Shown piece by piece: positions 17,396-28,323 of a stretch of 64,000 nucleotides of DNA. Numbering within the stretch: position 1 is the first letter of the stretch; every line of letters starts with the position of its first letter. The position numbers and the translations under genes are program-made. The notes below the pieces were generated by a model, which did no database searches, was not told the DNA's origin, and was given only the letters and a program-made list of their open reading frames with translations. The stretch comes from an uncultured Nitrospirota bacterium (GTDB lineage Bacteria > Nitrospirota > Thermodesulfovibrionia > Thermodesulfovibrionales > JdFR-85), in assembly GCA_964515925.1 (NCBI GenBank), contig CAZEYP010000005.1:276-64275 (forward strand), given 5' to 3'.

Positions 17396-19909
17396 GTGAA
17401 ATACAATCCTGAAGAAGTTGAGTTAAAATGGCAGAATTTCTGGCAACAGAAAGAACTCTTTAAAACATCAGAGGATAACAGAAAAAAGTTTTACTGTCTT
17501 GAGATGTTTCCCTATCCCTCTGGCAGAATCCACATGGGTCATGTAAGAAACTATGCAATCGGAGATGTAATAGCCCGTTACAAAAGGATGCGTGGTTACA
17601 ATGTTCTTCATCCAATGGGCTGGGATGCCTTTGGTCTGCCTGCTGAAAATGCAGCCATAAACCACGGAGTACATCCTGCAAAATGGACTTACGAAAACAT
17701 AGATTATATGAAAAAACAGCTTAAACGAATGGGTCTCAGTTATGACTGGCAAAGGGAGCTAACAACCTGCGATCCTGAATACTATCGCTGGAATCAGTGG
17801 TTTTTCCTGAAGATGTACGAGATGGGCATTGCCTACCGAAAAAGCTCCACGGTAAACTGGTGTCCTTCATGCTCTACAGTGTTAGCAAATGAACAGGTTG
17901 TAGATGGTGGATGCTGGAGGTGCGATACAGAGGTGGTGCAGAAAGAGCTTGAACAGTGGTTTCTGAAAATAACAGCATACGCAGAAGAGCTACTGGAAGG
18001 ATGCGAGACACTGAAGTGCGGATGGCCCGAGCATGTTATAGCAATGCAAAAGAACTGGATCGGAAAGAGCAGGGGAGCGGAAGTAGACTTTCCTGTGGAA
18101 GGCCGGGACGAAAAGATAAGAATCTTCACCACCCGTCCTGATACCCTCTGGGGGGCAACATTTATGTGTCTCTCACCGCTTCATCCCACGGCTGAGAGGC
18201 TTGTAGAAGACAGGAAAGCCCTTGAGGAGATAAAGTCAAAATATGGTGAGACCGAGGAAAAACATGGTCTGTTCACAGGTCACCATGCAATAAACCCTGT
18301 AAACAACGAGAAAATTCCTATTTACATAGCGAATTTTGTACTTATGGAATACGGCACAGGGGCAATCATGTCAGTGCCTGCTCATGACCAGAGGGACTTT
18401 GAGTTTGCCAGACTCTTTGACCTCCCCATAAGGACGGTCATAGTTCCTGAAGACGGCAGCCTTTCAGGGCCCTTAACAGAAGCATATGAAGGAGAAGGCA
18501 TCCTTGTAAACTCAGCACAATTTACGGGCATGCCATCATTTAGAGCGAAGGAAGCCATAATCGATTTTCTTGAAGACAAAGGTATTGGCAGGGCAAAGAT
18601 AAACTATCGTCTTCGCGACTGGGGAATCTCCAGACAGCGTTACTGGGGCACCCCTATCCCTATCATATACTGCGATAGCTGTGGAATTGTGCCTGTTCCA
18701 GAGAAGGACCTGCCTGTAATACTGCCTCAGGATGTGGAATTTACAGGAACAGGTATATCCCCTTTAATGAACTCGGAAGAGTTTTTATATACAGACTGTC
18801 CAAAATGTGGCAAAAAGGCACGCCGTGAAACCGATACAATGGACACCTTTGTTGATTCATCATGGTATTTCATCAGATACTGTTCAAAAAGAGATCAGGA
18901 TCCTCTTGACAGGGAAAGGATAAGGTACTGGATGCCGGTTGATCAATATATCGGTGGAGTTGAACATGCAGTGCTGCATCTTCTTTACTCAAGATTCTTT
19001 ACCCGTGTGCTAAGGGATATCGGCATTGTTGATTTTGACGAACCCTTCAGTAATCTGCTAACCCAGGGAATGGTGTGTAAGGAGACCTTAAGCTGCCCGG
19101 AACATGGCTGGTTACTGCCTGAGGAGGTAAAGGATGACAGATGTATCAAATGCGGTAGCCAGGTTATAAAAGGCAGAGTGGAGAAGATGTCAAAGTCGAA
19201 GAAGAATGTCATTGATCCCGACTACCTGATAAAGCGTTACGGTGCGGATACTTCAAGGCTCTTTTCCCTCTTTGCCGCACCACCAGAGAAAGACCTTGAG
19301 TGGTCTGACCGTGGCATTGAGGGAACCTACAGGTTTATAAACCGTCTCTGGAACCTTGTACATGAACATGCTGAAACCTTACGGAAAATTAAAGACAGGA
19401 CGCCTGAGGTTACTGGAGATAATGCCGCACTCTTTAGAAAAACCCATCAAAGTATCAAAAAGGTTACAGAGGACATCGAGAGACGATTCCAGTTCAATAC
19501 TGCTATTGCAGCAATGATGGAGCTTTACAATGAAATTTCAGCTTTCAAAGCCTCCTCTGATGAAGATTACACAGTAATGCGTTTTGCCCTGAAAAATCTG
19601 CTCCTTATGTTAAGCCCCTTTGCTCCCCATGTTGCAGAAGAGCTATGGAGTGCCATTGGTGAAGAGCCGAGCATTTTTGAACAACCCTGGCCTGAATGGG
19701 ATGAGGATGCAGCAAAGGAGGAAGAGGTTGAACTGGTCGTTCAGATAAACGGTAAGGTGAGAGCCAAGATAATGATACCAGCCGGGCTTTCAGATGAAGA
19801 AATCAAAGAAAAGGCCCTGGCAGATGAAAGGGTGAGAAAATATACTGAACAGAAGAAGATAAGAAAAATAATTGTAATAAAGGGAAAACTGATTAATATC
19901 GTTCTATGA
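17396..19909 (+). CDS. leuS: Leucine--tRNA ligase
   Basis: 837 aa, GTG start. HIGH-type motif [10 protein letters not shown] and the KMSKS motif. Confidence 0.95.
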   Translation: MKYNPEEVELKWQNFWQQKELFKTSEDNRKKFYCLEMFPYPSGRIHMGHVRNYAIGDVIARYKRMRGYNVLHPMGWDAFGLPAENAAINHGVHPAKWTYENIDYMKKQLKRMGLSYDWQRELTTCDPEYYRWNQWFFLKMYEMGIAYRKSSTVNWCPSCSTVLANEQVVDGGCWRCDTEVVQKELEQWFLKITAYAEELLEGCETLKCGWPEHVIAMQKNWIGKSRGAEVDFPVEGRDEKIRIFTTRPDTLWGATFMCLSPLHPTAERLVEDRKALEEIKSKYGETEEKHGLFTGHHAINPVNNEKIPIYIANFVLMEYGTGAIMSVPAHDQRDFEFARLFDLPIRTVIVPEDGSLSGPLTEAYEGEGILVNSAQFTGMPSFRAKEAIIDFLEDKGIGRAKINYRLRDWGISRQRYWGTPIPIIYCDSCGIVPVPEKDLPVILPQDVEFTGTGISPLMNSEEFLYTDCPKCGKKARRETDTMDTFVDSSWYFIRYCSKRDQDPLDRERIRYWMPVDQYIGGVEHAVLHLLYSRFFTRVLRDIGIVDFDEPFSNLLTQGMVCKETLSCPEHGWLLPEEVKDDRCIKCGSQVIKGRVEKMSKSKKNVIDPDYLIKRYGADTSRLFSLFAAPPEKDLEWSDRGIEGTYRFINRLWNLVHEHAETLRKIKDRTPEVTGDNAALFRKTHQSIKKVTEDIERRFQFNTAIAAMMELYNEISAFKASSDEDYTVMRFALKNLLLMLSPFAPHVAEELWSAIGEEPSIFEQPWPEWDEDAAKEEEVELVVQINGKVRAKIMIPAGLSDEEIKEKALADERVRKYTEQKKIRKIIVIKGKLINIVL

Positions 19910-20370
19910 CAGAAGATCTGCACTTTATGAAACTGGCATTAAAGGAAGCCCAAAAGGCCCTTGAGAAAGATGAAGTGCCAGTAGGGGCGGTGATCGTGAA
20001 AGATGGAGAGGTTCTGGCAAGCTCATACAACCAGCGTGAGGGACTTAATGACCCTACAGCCCATGCCGAGCTACTCGCCATAAGAGAGGCAGCAAAGAAT
20101 CTAAAAAACTGGAGACTTACCGATACCACCCTTTATGTGACCAAGGAGCCCTGCCCCATGTGTGCCGGAGCAATTGTAGGAGCCCGTATCAAAAGACTGG
20201 TTTATGGCTGTAAAGATGAAAGGGGAGGTGCAACAGAAAGCCTATACAGGATTACTACAGACCAGAGGCTAAACCATCAGGTGGAAGTTGTTTCAGAAAT
20301 ACTGGCAGATGAATGCAGAAAACTGCTTCAGGATTTCTTCAGGAGGAAAAGGGAAAAAGATAGGGTGTAG
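19906..20370 (+). CDS. tadA: tRNA adenosine(34) deaminase
   Basis: 154 aa. HAELLAI and PCPMCAGA zinc motifs. Its stop TAG lies inside the heptamer array. Confidence 0.9.
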   Translation: MTEDLHFMKLALKEAQKALEKDEVPVGAVIVKDGEVLASSYNQREGLNDPTAHAELLAIREAAKNLKNWRLTDTTLYVTKEPCPMCAGAIVGARIKRLVYGCKDERGGATESLYRITTDQRLNHQVEVVSEILADECRKLLQDFFRRKREKDRV

Positions 20371-20515
20371 GGGGTAGCGTGTAGGGGGTAAAAAAAGACA
20401 GGGTGTAGGGGGTAGGGTGGTAGCCTTAAACACAATAAACGCAATGAACACAAAGAACTCAAAAAACGCTATCAACGCAATTAACGCTATGAACGCAAAG
20501 AACGCAATAACCCAG
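20362..20515. repeat. Composite array (reverse orientation): GGNGTAG heptamers followed by 10 nonamers; contains the 87-nt core
   Basis: 20390-20476 is the exact reverse complement of 59390-59476. Confidence 0.9.
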
Positions 20516-20520
20516 TCACC

Positions 20521-21639
20521 CTATCCCAAAAACTCCCTTATCCTCCTTACCCCCTCTTTCAGTTCCTCAATATCCCGTGTATAGGCAAACCTGACATACT
20601 GGCTGGTATTATTTCTTCCAAAGTCAACCCCCGGGGTTATGGCAAGGGCCTTCTCTTTAAGCAGTTTCTTGCAAAAGCTCAGGGAATCATCACTGTAGCG
20701 GGAGATGCCGGCCCATATGTAAAAGGCACCCTCTGGCTTCACATCAATATCAAACATATCCTTCAGGGCATTGTAAAGAAAATCTCTCCTCTTACGAAAG
20801 GTCTCTCTAACGTAGTCAAGGTGGTTTCTATCAAATGCCTCACAGGCTGCATACTGGGCAGGGGTGTTTGCAGCAATAAATATGTTCTGCACCACCTCCT
20901 CTGCCTTTCGCACAAGCCTCTCAGGAAGAACCATCCAGCCCACTCTGAAGCCGGGCATACAGAAGTATTTTGAAAAGCTGTTTATTACTACCACATTGTC
21001 TGAAAACTCAAGTGCTGAATGCTCCTTCTGATCATACACAAGGCCATGATAAATCTCGTCTGAGATAAAAAGCCATCCCTTTTTCTGCGAAAGTTCAATC
21101 AGCCTTTCCATTGACCTTCTATGGTACAGGGTTCCTGTGGGATTGGCTGGTGAGGATATAAGTATTCCTCCAGCAGCATCTATACCTTTTAACTGTTCTT
21201 CTGTTATCTCGTAGTCAGTCTCTTTTCCTACAGGTACTGTTACTGGCTCAGCCCCAAGGAAATAACCAAAGTTCTTGTAGCAGGGATAGGAAGGATCAGA
21301 AAGTATCATACCAAGTGAATCAGCACCAAGCATACCGAATATAACAAGAAAGGCCCCGGAGGTGCCGGGCGTAATTATTATCCTTTCTGGTGAGACCTCT
21401 ACCCTGTAATAGTCGTGATAATGTTGTGCTATCCTCTCTCTCAGTAACAACAGTCCCTTTGCCTCTGTATAGTGGAATCTCCTGTCCTTTATAGCCCTTT
21501 CATAGGCATGTATAACCCTTTCCGATGTTAGCAGGTCTGGCTCGCCTACCTCCATATGTACAGCATCTGGCATGGTACGAGCCTCTCTCAGGATGTCCAT
21601 CACTAAAAATGGAGTTATCCTCTGAAGCCTCGAACTCAT
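20521..21639 (-). CDS. Class I/II PLP-dependent aminotransferase
   Basis: 372 aa with an SFSKYFCMPGFRVGW PLP-lysine motif and an aspartate-aminotransferase-family layout. Confidence 0.85.
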   Translation of the reverse strand: MSSRLQRITPFLVMDILREARTMPDAVHMEVGEPDLLTSERVIHAYERAIKDRRFHYTEAKGLLLLRERIAQHYHDYYRVEVSPERIIITPGTSGAFLVIFGMLGADSLGMILSDPSYPCYKNFGYFLGAEPVTVPVGKETDYEITEEQLKGIDAAGGILISSPANPTGTLYHRRSMERLIELSQKKGWLFISDEIYHGLVYDQKEHSALEFSDNVVVINSFSKYFCMPGFRVGWMVLPERLVRKAEEVVQNIFIAANTPAQYAACEAFDRNHLDYVRETFRKRRDFLYNALKDMFDIDVKPEGAFYIWAGISRYSDDSLSFCKKLLKEKALAITPGVDFGRNNTSQYVRFAYTRDIEELKEGVRRIREFLG

Positions 21640-22214
21640 CTCATCTCCTGTAAAGTCTTCAAAATCTCTTTCACCTGCTTTTCTGTCTCCTCCAGACCGC
21701 CGGAATTATCTATAACAAAATCTGCCTTTGCCTTCTTTTCCTCAATGGGAATCTGAACCCTATGCCTCTGCTGTATCTCCTCTTCTGAAAGCCCTTTCCT
21801 CATAAGCCTCTCCCTGACCTGCCCATCCCCTGCTATCACCACCACCACCTTGTCAAACCTCCCCTCTGTGCCGGTTTCATAAAGAAGCGGTATCTCTGCA
21901 ATAGCTATCCTTTCAGAATTCTCCTTACCAAAGGCATCAATCCTCTTAAAAACTTCAGGGTGCAAAAGCCTCTCAAGCCATCTTCTTTTTTCTTCTGATT
22001 TAAAGACCACACGGGCAATTTCCTTTCTGTTGATCTCCCCGTCTTTAAAAACACCTTCTCCGAAATAACCTCTTATCTCTGCCTTGATATTATCTCTGGC
22101 GAGCAGTTCATGAACCACCTCATCAGCACTCAGAACCGGCACTCCATATCGCCTGAAAATTTCAAGCACCGTTGATTTGCCTGTTCCGAAACCTCCTGTA
22201 AGAGCAACTAGCAT
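21636..22214 (-). CDS. coaE: Dephospho-CoA kinase
   Basis: 192 aa starting MLVALTGGFGTGKST (P-loop). Confidence 0.9.
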   Translation of the reverse strand: MLVALTGGFGTGKSTVLEIFRRYGVPVLSADEVVHELLARDNIKAEIRGYFGEGVFKDGEINRKEIARVVFKSEEKRRWLERLLHPEVFKRIDAFGKENSERIAIAEIPLLYETGTEGRFDKVVVVIAGDGQVRERLMRKGLSEEEIQQRHRVQIPIEEKKAKADFVIDNSGGLEETEKQVKEILKTLQEMR

Positions 22215-22216
22215 TG

Positions 22217-24799
22217 TCAGAATACTTTCTCTGCCATCTTCTTAAGCTGTTTCAGTTTTTTGATGGCATCATCAGGTGAGAGTTTTTCAATATCAATAGC
22301 CATCAGCTTCTTAATCACTGGCTCGTAGTTGGGTGCAAAAAGGTCAAGCTGTTGAGCCCTCGGTGCATCCTTTGCACCAAACACCCTTGGAAGCCCCTTG
22401 TTTGAAAACTCGGCCTGCTCAAGATTTCCAAGCACCTCTTTTGCCTTTTCAACCACATCCTCCGGCAGCCCCGCAAGTCTTGCCACCTGAATGCCGTAAC
22501 TCTTATCAGCAGGCCCCTGCTCTATCCTCCTCAGAAAGATTATCTCATCACCCCACTCCTTCACTGTAACATTATAATTTTTTACCCCCTCCAGTGCTAT
22601 TGAAAGCTCGGTAAGCTCATTGTAGTGTGTAGCAAAAAGCGTTCTCGCCCTGATTTTATTAACAATATACTCAGCCACAGCCCAGGCAATGCTGATACCG
22701 TCAAAGGTGCTTGTTCCACGGCCCACCTCATCAAGCACTATAAGGCTTCTGTCTGTGGCATTGTTAAGTATATTGGCTGTCTCTATCATCTCAACCATAA
22801 AGGTGCTCTGTCCCTTTGCAAGATAATCTGAGGCCCCAATACGGGTGAATATCCTGTCCACTATTCCTATTGTTGCCCTTGTAGCCGGGACAAAAGAGCC
22901 CATCTGTGCCATCATCACAATAAGAGCAACCTGTCGCATGTATGTTGATTTTCCTGCCATGTTTGGTCCGGTAATTATAAGAAGTCTGTTGTCCTCTGTA
23001 TCCATGTAAGTGTTATTTGCGATGAATCGCTCCTCAAAAGAGAGCCTCTCCAGAACAGGGTGGCGTCCGTCAATGATTTCGATTACGCCACTTTCCTCTA
23101 TCACAGGTCTTACATAGTTATTCCTTGTGGCAATCGTGGCAAGGGAAAGGAGAAAATCAATTTCACCTATTGCCCTTGCTGCATCAAGAAGATTGTCAGC
23201 GTAATATACTGTTTTCTCTACCACTTCAGAAAACACCTCTTTCTCAAGGGCCTTTAGTTTCTCCTCTGCACCAAGCACCTTGTTTTCATAGTCCTTCAGC
23301 TCTTCTGTAATAAACCTCTCTGAGCCCACAAGGGTCTGTTTTCTTATGTAATGTTCAGGAACCAGATGAAGGTTTGACTTGGTAACCTCAATATAATAGC
23401 CAAATACGCGATTGTAGCCTATCTTCAAAGAGGCAATACCTGTTTTCTGTCTTTCTCTGGCCTCAAGTGAGGCAATATAATCCTTCCCCTTTGTGGCTAT
23501 CTCTCTTAACTCGTCTACATCATAGCGATAGCCTGTTCGTATAATTCCACCTTCTGTTATCGTATGAGGTGGATCATCTACCAGTGCTGTCTCTATCAGT
23601 GACTGCAGTGCCCTGAGCTCATCTATCTTTTCATTAAGTTCTTTAAGGAGCTCTGATGATGCCCTTTTGAGGGTATCTTTAATTTTTGGAAACTCTTTAA
23701 TGGAGTTTTTTACAGTTACCAGTTCCCTTGGTGTAACCTTTCGCTGAAGCACCCTGGTTGCAAGTCTCTCTATGTCGTGGACATCCCTGAGGAAGCGTCT
23801 CAGGTTCTCTCTCATCTCAAAGTCTTCTATAAGATTTTCAATTGCCGCAAGTCTCCTATCAATAAGCTCCTTGACCTTCAAGGGTCTTAATATGGCCTGC
23901 CGTAGAATTCTGCCTCCCATGGGGGTAAGGGTTTCATCAAGCACGCTTATAAGGGTGCCTTCTTCGGAACCATCACGCAGGTTGTGAAGAAGCTCAAGGT
24001 TGCGTTTTGTCACTGAATCAAGGAATATAAATTGTGTCTCATCAAGTCCTGATGGCTGTCTTAAGACAACAGAGCCCTTCTGATTTTCCATTAAATAAGC
24101 AAGCAGGGCACCGGCTGCTGAAATTGCCCCTTTCTGTTCATCTATACCAAAGGCACCAAGAGAATAGACCCTGTAATAATCAAGAAGCCTTTTGTAAGAC
24201 TCTGTGTAGTCGAAAAACCAGTTATCCCAGTAAGTTACATAATAATCCCTGAGCACCTCACTGTAATGGATGTTTTCCATAAGGTTATCAGGACAGAGCA
24301 CTTCCTTTGGTTCAAACCTGTTAAGCTCATCATCTATGTCTCTTTCGGTTTCATAGACAATAAACTCACCTGTTGACAGGTCTGCCACTGCAACACCGTG
24401 CTTTTTTCCATAGGGATAAAAGGCGAGTATAAAATTATTAATTTTTGGATTTTCAGGCTGGTGTGTGCCAGGAGTGACCACCCTAACAACCTCTCGTCTT
24501 ACAATCCCCTTTGCCTCTTTTGGATCCTCTACCTGTTCACAGATTGCCACCTTGTAACCAGCATTTATGAGCTTTGTTATATAGCTTTCAGCTGAAAAAT
24601 GGGGTATACCACACATAGGAACAGGCTCCTGCTTGCCTTTATCCCGTGTAGTAAGGGTTATCTGTAGTATCTTTGATGCAATCCTTGCATCCTCTCCAAA
24701 CATTTCGTAGAAGTCGCCAAGACGAAAAAAGAGGATAGCGTCGGGATAATCCTTTTTAATATCAAAATACTGTCTCATCAAGGGTGTCTGCTCTGCCAT
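22217..24799 (-). CDS. mutS: DNA mismatch repair protein MutS
   Basis: 860 aa. TPLMRQYFDIK...GDFYEMF N-terminus and TGPNMAGKSTYMRQ Walker A. Confidence 0.95.
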   Translation of the reverse strand: MAEQTPLMRQYFDIKKDYPDAILFFRLGDFYEMFGEDARIASKILQITLTTRDKGKQEPVPMCGIPHFSAESYITKLINAGYKVAICEQVEDPKEAKGIVRREVVRVVTPGTHQPENPKINNFILAFYPYGKKHGVAVADLSTGEFIVYETERDIDDELNRFEPKEVLCPDNLMENIHYSEVLRDYYVTYWDNWFFDYTESYKRLLDYYRVYSLGAFGIDEQKGAISAAGALLAYLMENQKGSVVLRQPSGLDETQFIFLDSVTKRNLELLHNLRDGSEEGTLISVLDETLTPMGGRILRQAILRPLKVKELIDRRLAAIENLIEDFEMRENLRRFLRDVHDIERLATRVLQRKVTPRELVTVKNSIKEFPKIKDTLKRASSELLKELNEKIDELRALQSLIETALVDDPPHTITEGGIIRTGYRYDVDELREIATKGKDYIASLEARERQKTGIASLKIGYNRVFGYYIEVTKSNLHLVPEHYIRKQTLVGSERFITEELKDYENKVLGAEEKLKALEKEVFSEVVEKTVYYADNLLDAARAIGEIDFLLSLATIATRNNYVRPVIEESGVIEIIDGRHPVLERLSFEERFIANNTYMDTEDNRLLIITGPNMAGKSTYMRQVALIVMMAQMGSFVPATRATIGIVDRIFTRIGASDYLAKGQSTFMVEMIETANILNNATDRSLIVLDEVGRGTSTFDGISIAWAVAEYIVNKIRARTLFATHYNELTELSIALEGVKNYNVTVKEWGDEIIFLRRIEQGPADKSYGIQVARLAGLPEDVVEKAKEVLGNLEQAEFSNKGLPRVFGAKDAPRAQQLDLFAPNYEPVIKKLMAIDIEKLSPDDAIKKLKQLKKMAEKVF

Positions 24800-24903
24800 G
24801 ATATGACTATTAAAAACAATTCAGAGGGGAAACTTCAACACTCAATTCAGCTCATTCTTTTCGACTTTCTCTTGTAAAACTTGAAAAAAATAAATGATTT
24901 TGG

Positions 24904-24932
24904 TTAACTTATCATGACCAAAGTCACATAAT
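24904..24932 (+). promoter_or_regulatory. Candidate sigma70 promoter for ppdK (TTAACT-17-CATAAT) overlapping a TGACcaaaGTCA palindrome
   Basis: Hexamers at 24904-24909 and 24927-24932; palindrome at 24915-24926. Confidence 0.25.
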
Positions 24933-25001
24933 ACTATATTTTTCTTGTTTTTAAGAGCATTTCATCATATAATTTTTAATGGAAATCGAGGAGGAGGAGT
25001 C

Positions 25002-27656
25002 ATGGCAAAAAAGTATGTTTACTTTTTCGGCGGAGGAAAGGCTGAAGGAAATGGCCAGATGAAGGACCTCTTAGGTGGTAAGGGAGCAGGTCTTGCAGAA
25101 ATGACCAATCTTGGTGTACCTGTGCCACCTGGCTTTACCATAACCACCGAGGCCTGCATTGAATACTTTAAGAATAATGGGAAGTATCCAGAAGGGCTCT
25201 GGGATCAGGTGCTAAAGAACATGAAAAAGGTAGAAAAACTCATGAATTTAAAGTTTGGTGATCCCAAAAGGCCACTTCTTGTTTCAGTCCGTTCGGGTGC
25301 AAAGTTTTCCATGCCCGGCATGATGGACACCGTACTGAACCTTGGTCTTACCGACAAAACCCTTAAAGGTCTTATAGAGATGACCAACAATGAGCGTTTT
25401 GCCTACGATGCTTACAGAAGGTTTATCACCATGTTTGCCTCAATTGTGATGGGTGTAGACAGGATGAAGTTTGAGGACCTGCTTGAGAAGATGAAGGAGA
25501 AGGCAGGGGCAAAATACGACTCAGACCTCTCAGCAGAAGATCTGAAGGAACTTGTCAAACAGTACAAGCAGCTTTACAAAAAGCTTGTCAAGAAACCCTT
25601 TCCAAACGACCCATACGAGCAGTTAAAACTCGCCATAAACGCTGTTTTTAATTCCTGGTTCGGTGAGAGGGCAAAGACTTATAGAAAATTACATGGTATT
25701 TCCGATGACCTTGGCACAGCAGTTAATGTCTGCACCATGGTATTTGGTAATATGGGAGATAACTCAGGCACTGGTGTTGCATTTACCCGTGACCCATCTA
25801 CAGGTGAGCATAAATTCTATGGTGAATGTCTTCTTAATGCCCAGGGTGAAGATGTTGTAGCAGGTATCAGAACCCCATTACCTGTTGAGGCACTTAAGGA
25901 TAAAATGCACGATGCCTACTGGGAATTGATGAAGATTTATAAAAAATTAGAGAACCACTATAGAGATATGCTGGACCTTGAGTTTACCATACAGGAAGGA
26001 AAGCTCTATATGCTTCAGGTTCGTGTGGGTAAAAGGACAGCAAAGGCAGCACTGAAGATTGCCATAGACATGGTTAAAGAAGGTTTGATAGATAAAGAAA
26101 CCGCTATAATGAGGGTTGACCCTGAACAGTTAGACCAGCTTCTACATCCAATGATAGATCCAAAGGCAAAGGTCAAAAAGGTTGCAAAGGGACTTCCTGC
26201 CTCACCTGGTGCTGCAGTAGGAAGGGCAGTGTTTACGGCTCCAGAGGCTGAGAAGTGGGCTGAAAAGGGAGAGAAGGTAATACTTGTAAGGCTTGAGACC
26301 TCGCCAGAGGATATAGGTGGCATGCACGCAGCCCAGGGAATACTGACTGCCCGTGGTGGCATGACATCCCATGCTGCTGTTGTGGCAAGGGGAATGGGTA
26401 AGCCCTGTGTATCAGGCTGTGGTGAGCTTAAGATAAATGAGAAAAAGAGGTTCTTTGAGGTAAACGGTGAGAAGGTAAAAGAGGGTGATTGGATAACCAT
26501 TGACGGCTCCACTGGTGATGTAATTCTTGGCAAGGTAAAACTGGTAGAGCCTCAAATGACAGGTGATTTTGAGATATTTATGAAATGGGTTGATGAGGTC
26601 AGAACCCTTGGTGTCAGGACAAATGCAGACACACCAAAGGATGCAAAGGTTGCCCGTAAATTTGGGGCAGAGGGAATAGGGCTTTGCAGAACAGAGCATA
26701 TGTTCTTTGAGGAAGACCGGATAAAGGCTGTTCGCGAGATGATACTTTCTGATGATGAAGAGGGAAGAAGAAAGGCGCTCAAGAAGATCCTCCCTATGCA
26801 GAAGAAAGACTTCAAGGGTATATTCAAGGCAATGCAGGGGCTGCCAGTTACCATCAGATTACTTGACCCCCCACTTCATGAGTTTCTGCCTCATACTGAC
26901 AAAGAGCTAAAGGAACTGGCAAAGGAAATGGGTGTTTCACCAAAGGTATTAAAAGAGAGAAACGAGGCACTCAAGGAGTTCAACCCCATGCTGGGACACA
27001 GGGGATGTCGCTTGGGAATTACCTATCCTGAAATCTACGAGATGCAGGTGAGGGCAATTATGGAGGCTGCCTGTGAGTTAAAGAAGAAGAATGTAGATGT
27101 GAGACCTGAAATAATGATTCCTCTTGTGGGTCATGTAAGAGAAATAGAGGTTATGGAGGAACTTGTAAGAAAGACTGCTGATGAGGTCATGAAGAAGAAG
27201 AAGGTTAAGGTTGATTATATGGTTGGAACCATGATAGAGCTCCCAAGGGCTGCAATAACAGCAGACCAGATTGCCAAACATGCAGAGTTCTTCTCCTTTG
27301 GCACCAACGACCTTACCCAGACCACTATGGGGCTGAGCCGTGATGATGCTGGAAAGTTCCTGCCCTTCTATGTTGACAAAAAGATATTCCCTGAGGATCC
27401 ATTTGTAAGCCTTGATATTGAAGGTGTAGGAGAGCTTGTAAAGATGGGAATTGAAAAGGGAAGAAACACAAGAAAGAACCTTAAAGTGGGAATCTGTGGA
27501 GAGCATGGTGGCGATCCTAAATCAGTGATCTTCTGCCATAGTGTTGGAATGAACTATGTAAGTTGTTCTCCATACAGGGTACCTATTGCAAGGCTTGCAG
27601 CAGCACAGGCCGCCCTTATGGAGAAGATGGGAGACCTTTCCAAATCAACCGTTTAA
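25002..27656 (+). CDS. ppdK: Pyruvate, phosphate dikinase
   Basis: Starts MAKKYVYFFGGGKAEGN after a GGAGGAGGAG SD. Carries the GGMTSHAAVVARG phosphohistidine motif and a PEP-utilising C-terminal domain. The ORF-track start at 24945 is an upstream in-frame extension. Confidence 0.93.
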   Translation: MAKKYVYFFGGGKAEGNGQMKDLLGGKGAGLAEMTNLGVPVPPGFTITTEACIEYFKNNGKYPEGLWDQVLKNMKKVEKLMNLKFGDPKRPLLVSVRSGAKFSMPGMMDTVLNLGLTDKTLKGLIEMTNNERFAYDAYRRFITMFASIVMGVDRMKFEDLLEKMKEKAGAKYDSDLSAEDLKELVKQYKQLYKKLVKKPFPNDPYEQLKLAINAVFNSWFGERAKTYRKLHGISDDLGTAVNVCTMVFGNMGDNSGTGVAFTRDPSTGEHKFYGECLLNAQGEDVVAGIRTPLPVEALKDKMHDAYWELMKIYKKLENHYRDMLDLEFTIQEGKLYMLQVRVGKRTAKAALKIAIDMVKEGLIDKETAIMRVDPEQLDQLLHPMIDPKAKVKKVAKGLPASPGAAVGRAVFTAPEAEKWAEKGEKVILVRLETSPEDIGGMHAAQGILTARGGMTSHAAVVARGMGKPCVSGCGELKINEKKRFFEVNGEKVKEGDWITIDGSTGDVILGKVKLVEPQMTGDFEIFMKWVDEVRTLGVRTNADTPKDAKVARKFGAEGIGLCRTEHMFFEEDRIKAVREMILSDDEEGRRKALKKILPMQKKDFKGIFKAMQGLPVTIRLLDPPLHEFLPHTDKELKELAKEMGVSPKVLKERNEALKEFNPMLGHRGCRLGITYPEIYEMQVRAIMEAACELKKKNVDVRPEIMIPLVGHVREIEVMEELVRKTADEVMKKKKVKVDYMVGTMIELPRAAITADQIAKHAEFFSFGTNDLTQTTMGLSRDDAGKFLPFYVDKKIFPEDPFVSLDIEGVGELVKMGIEKGRNTRKNLKVGICGEHGGDPKSVIFCHSVGMNYVSCSPYRVPIARLAAAQAALMEKMGDLSKSTV

Positions 27657-27668
27657 AAGGGGGTTATT

Positions 27669-28037
27669 ATGAAGAAGGCTATAGTAGCAGGCGCATTAAT
27701 TCTTGGATTTGCATTTACCACTGGTTGCGCTACCAGGGAGTATGTAGCCAAGCAGATAGAGCCTGTAAAGCAACAGACTGCAAGGGTTGAGCAGAAGGTA
27801 AATAGCCTTGATGCTAAGCTTGCTGACCTGGAGAAAAAGATTGCAGCACTGTCAGCAAAGGTAAACTCCATGGATATCAACTCAGTTAAATCTGAACTCA
27901 ATGCACTTAAACAGCAGGTCTCTGAGGCCAAAGAGCTTGCCATGAGGGCAGATCAGAAGGCTGATGAGGCCCTGAGAAAGGCTGAGTCTGCTATTAGAAG
28001 ATGTGAGGCTTCACTTCAGAAAAGACTTAGAAAGTAG
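27669..28037 (+). CDS. Coiled-coil lipoprotein, Lpp (Braun)-like, ending in Lys
   Basis: 122 aa. Signal peptide with lipobox FTTGC, then heptad-rich Ala/Lys/Gln helix, and a C-terminal ...KRLRK. Confidence 0.6.
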   Translation: MKKAIVAGALILGFAFTTGCATREYVAKQIEPVKQQTARVEQKVNSLDAKLADLEKKIAALSAKVNSMDINSVKSELNALKQQVSEAKELAMRADQKADEALRKAESAIRRCEASLQKRLRK

Positions 28038-28070
28038 TAAAGCACTCTAACAATTTCAGTAGATTTTTCC

Positions 28071-28100
28071 AAGGTTGAGAGGCCCTGTCCTCTCAACCTT
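28071..28100 (+). terminator. 12-bp perfect hairpin after the lipoprotein gene (no U-tract)
   Basis: aaggttgagagg-ccctgt-cctctcaacctt. It is followed immediately by the nonamer array rather than by T residues. Confidence 0.4.
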
Positions 28101-28323
28101 GATGCGTTCATAGCGTTCATAGCGTTGATTGCGTTCATCGCGTTCTTTACGTTAATAGCGTTTATAGCGTTCTTTGCGTTGATAGGCGTTATTTGAATTC
28201 ATCGGGTTCTTTGCGTTTATTGAGTTGATTGCGTTAATTGTGTTGATAGCGTTTTTTGAGTTCTTTGTGTTCATTGCGTTTATTGTGTTTAAGGCTACCA
28301 CCCTACTCCCTACCCCCTGTCTT
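28101..28323. repeat. Nonamer array GCGTTNATN (about 22 units, one with a 1-nt insertion) plus 3 CCCTACN heptamers; contains the 87-nt core
   Basis: Units counted by hand in 9-nt register from 28101 to 28299, then 7-nt register. The core differs from the 59390 copy at 2 positions. Confidence 0.9.

Noticed and set aside
20293-20475. ORFs translating to hydrophobic FIA/LIA or NAINAIN peptides: 20293-20475 (minus), 28225-28413 (plus), 59325-59522 (plus) and 59288-59494 (minus).
   Set aside because: They lie entirely in the nonamer arrays. A 9-nt unit is 3 codons, so frames stay open by construction. The same peptide recurs only because the DNA repeat recurs, both strands are open, and there is no SD.
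24945-25001. N-terminal extension of ppdK from the TTG at 24945.
   Set aside because: The ATG at 25002 is preceded by GGAGGAGGAG and gives the canonical MAKKYVYFF start. The extension has no homology-like features.
26015-26533. Long antisense or alternative-frame ORFs inside ppdK. The same pattern occurs at 33448-34074 in the MCP gene, 43510-44148 in secA, 9320-9856 in ccoI and 41239-41802 in the GGDEF gene.
   Set aside because: Each is nested in a gene with strong family motifs. Their translations are low-complexity, Ser/Leu/Pro-rich and lack motifs.
28101-28323. Possibility that the regular arrays are CRISPR loci.
   Set aside because: The units are 7 or 9 nt and directly abutting, with no unique spacers and no repeat of CRISPR length. 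No cas genes are in the window.
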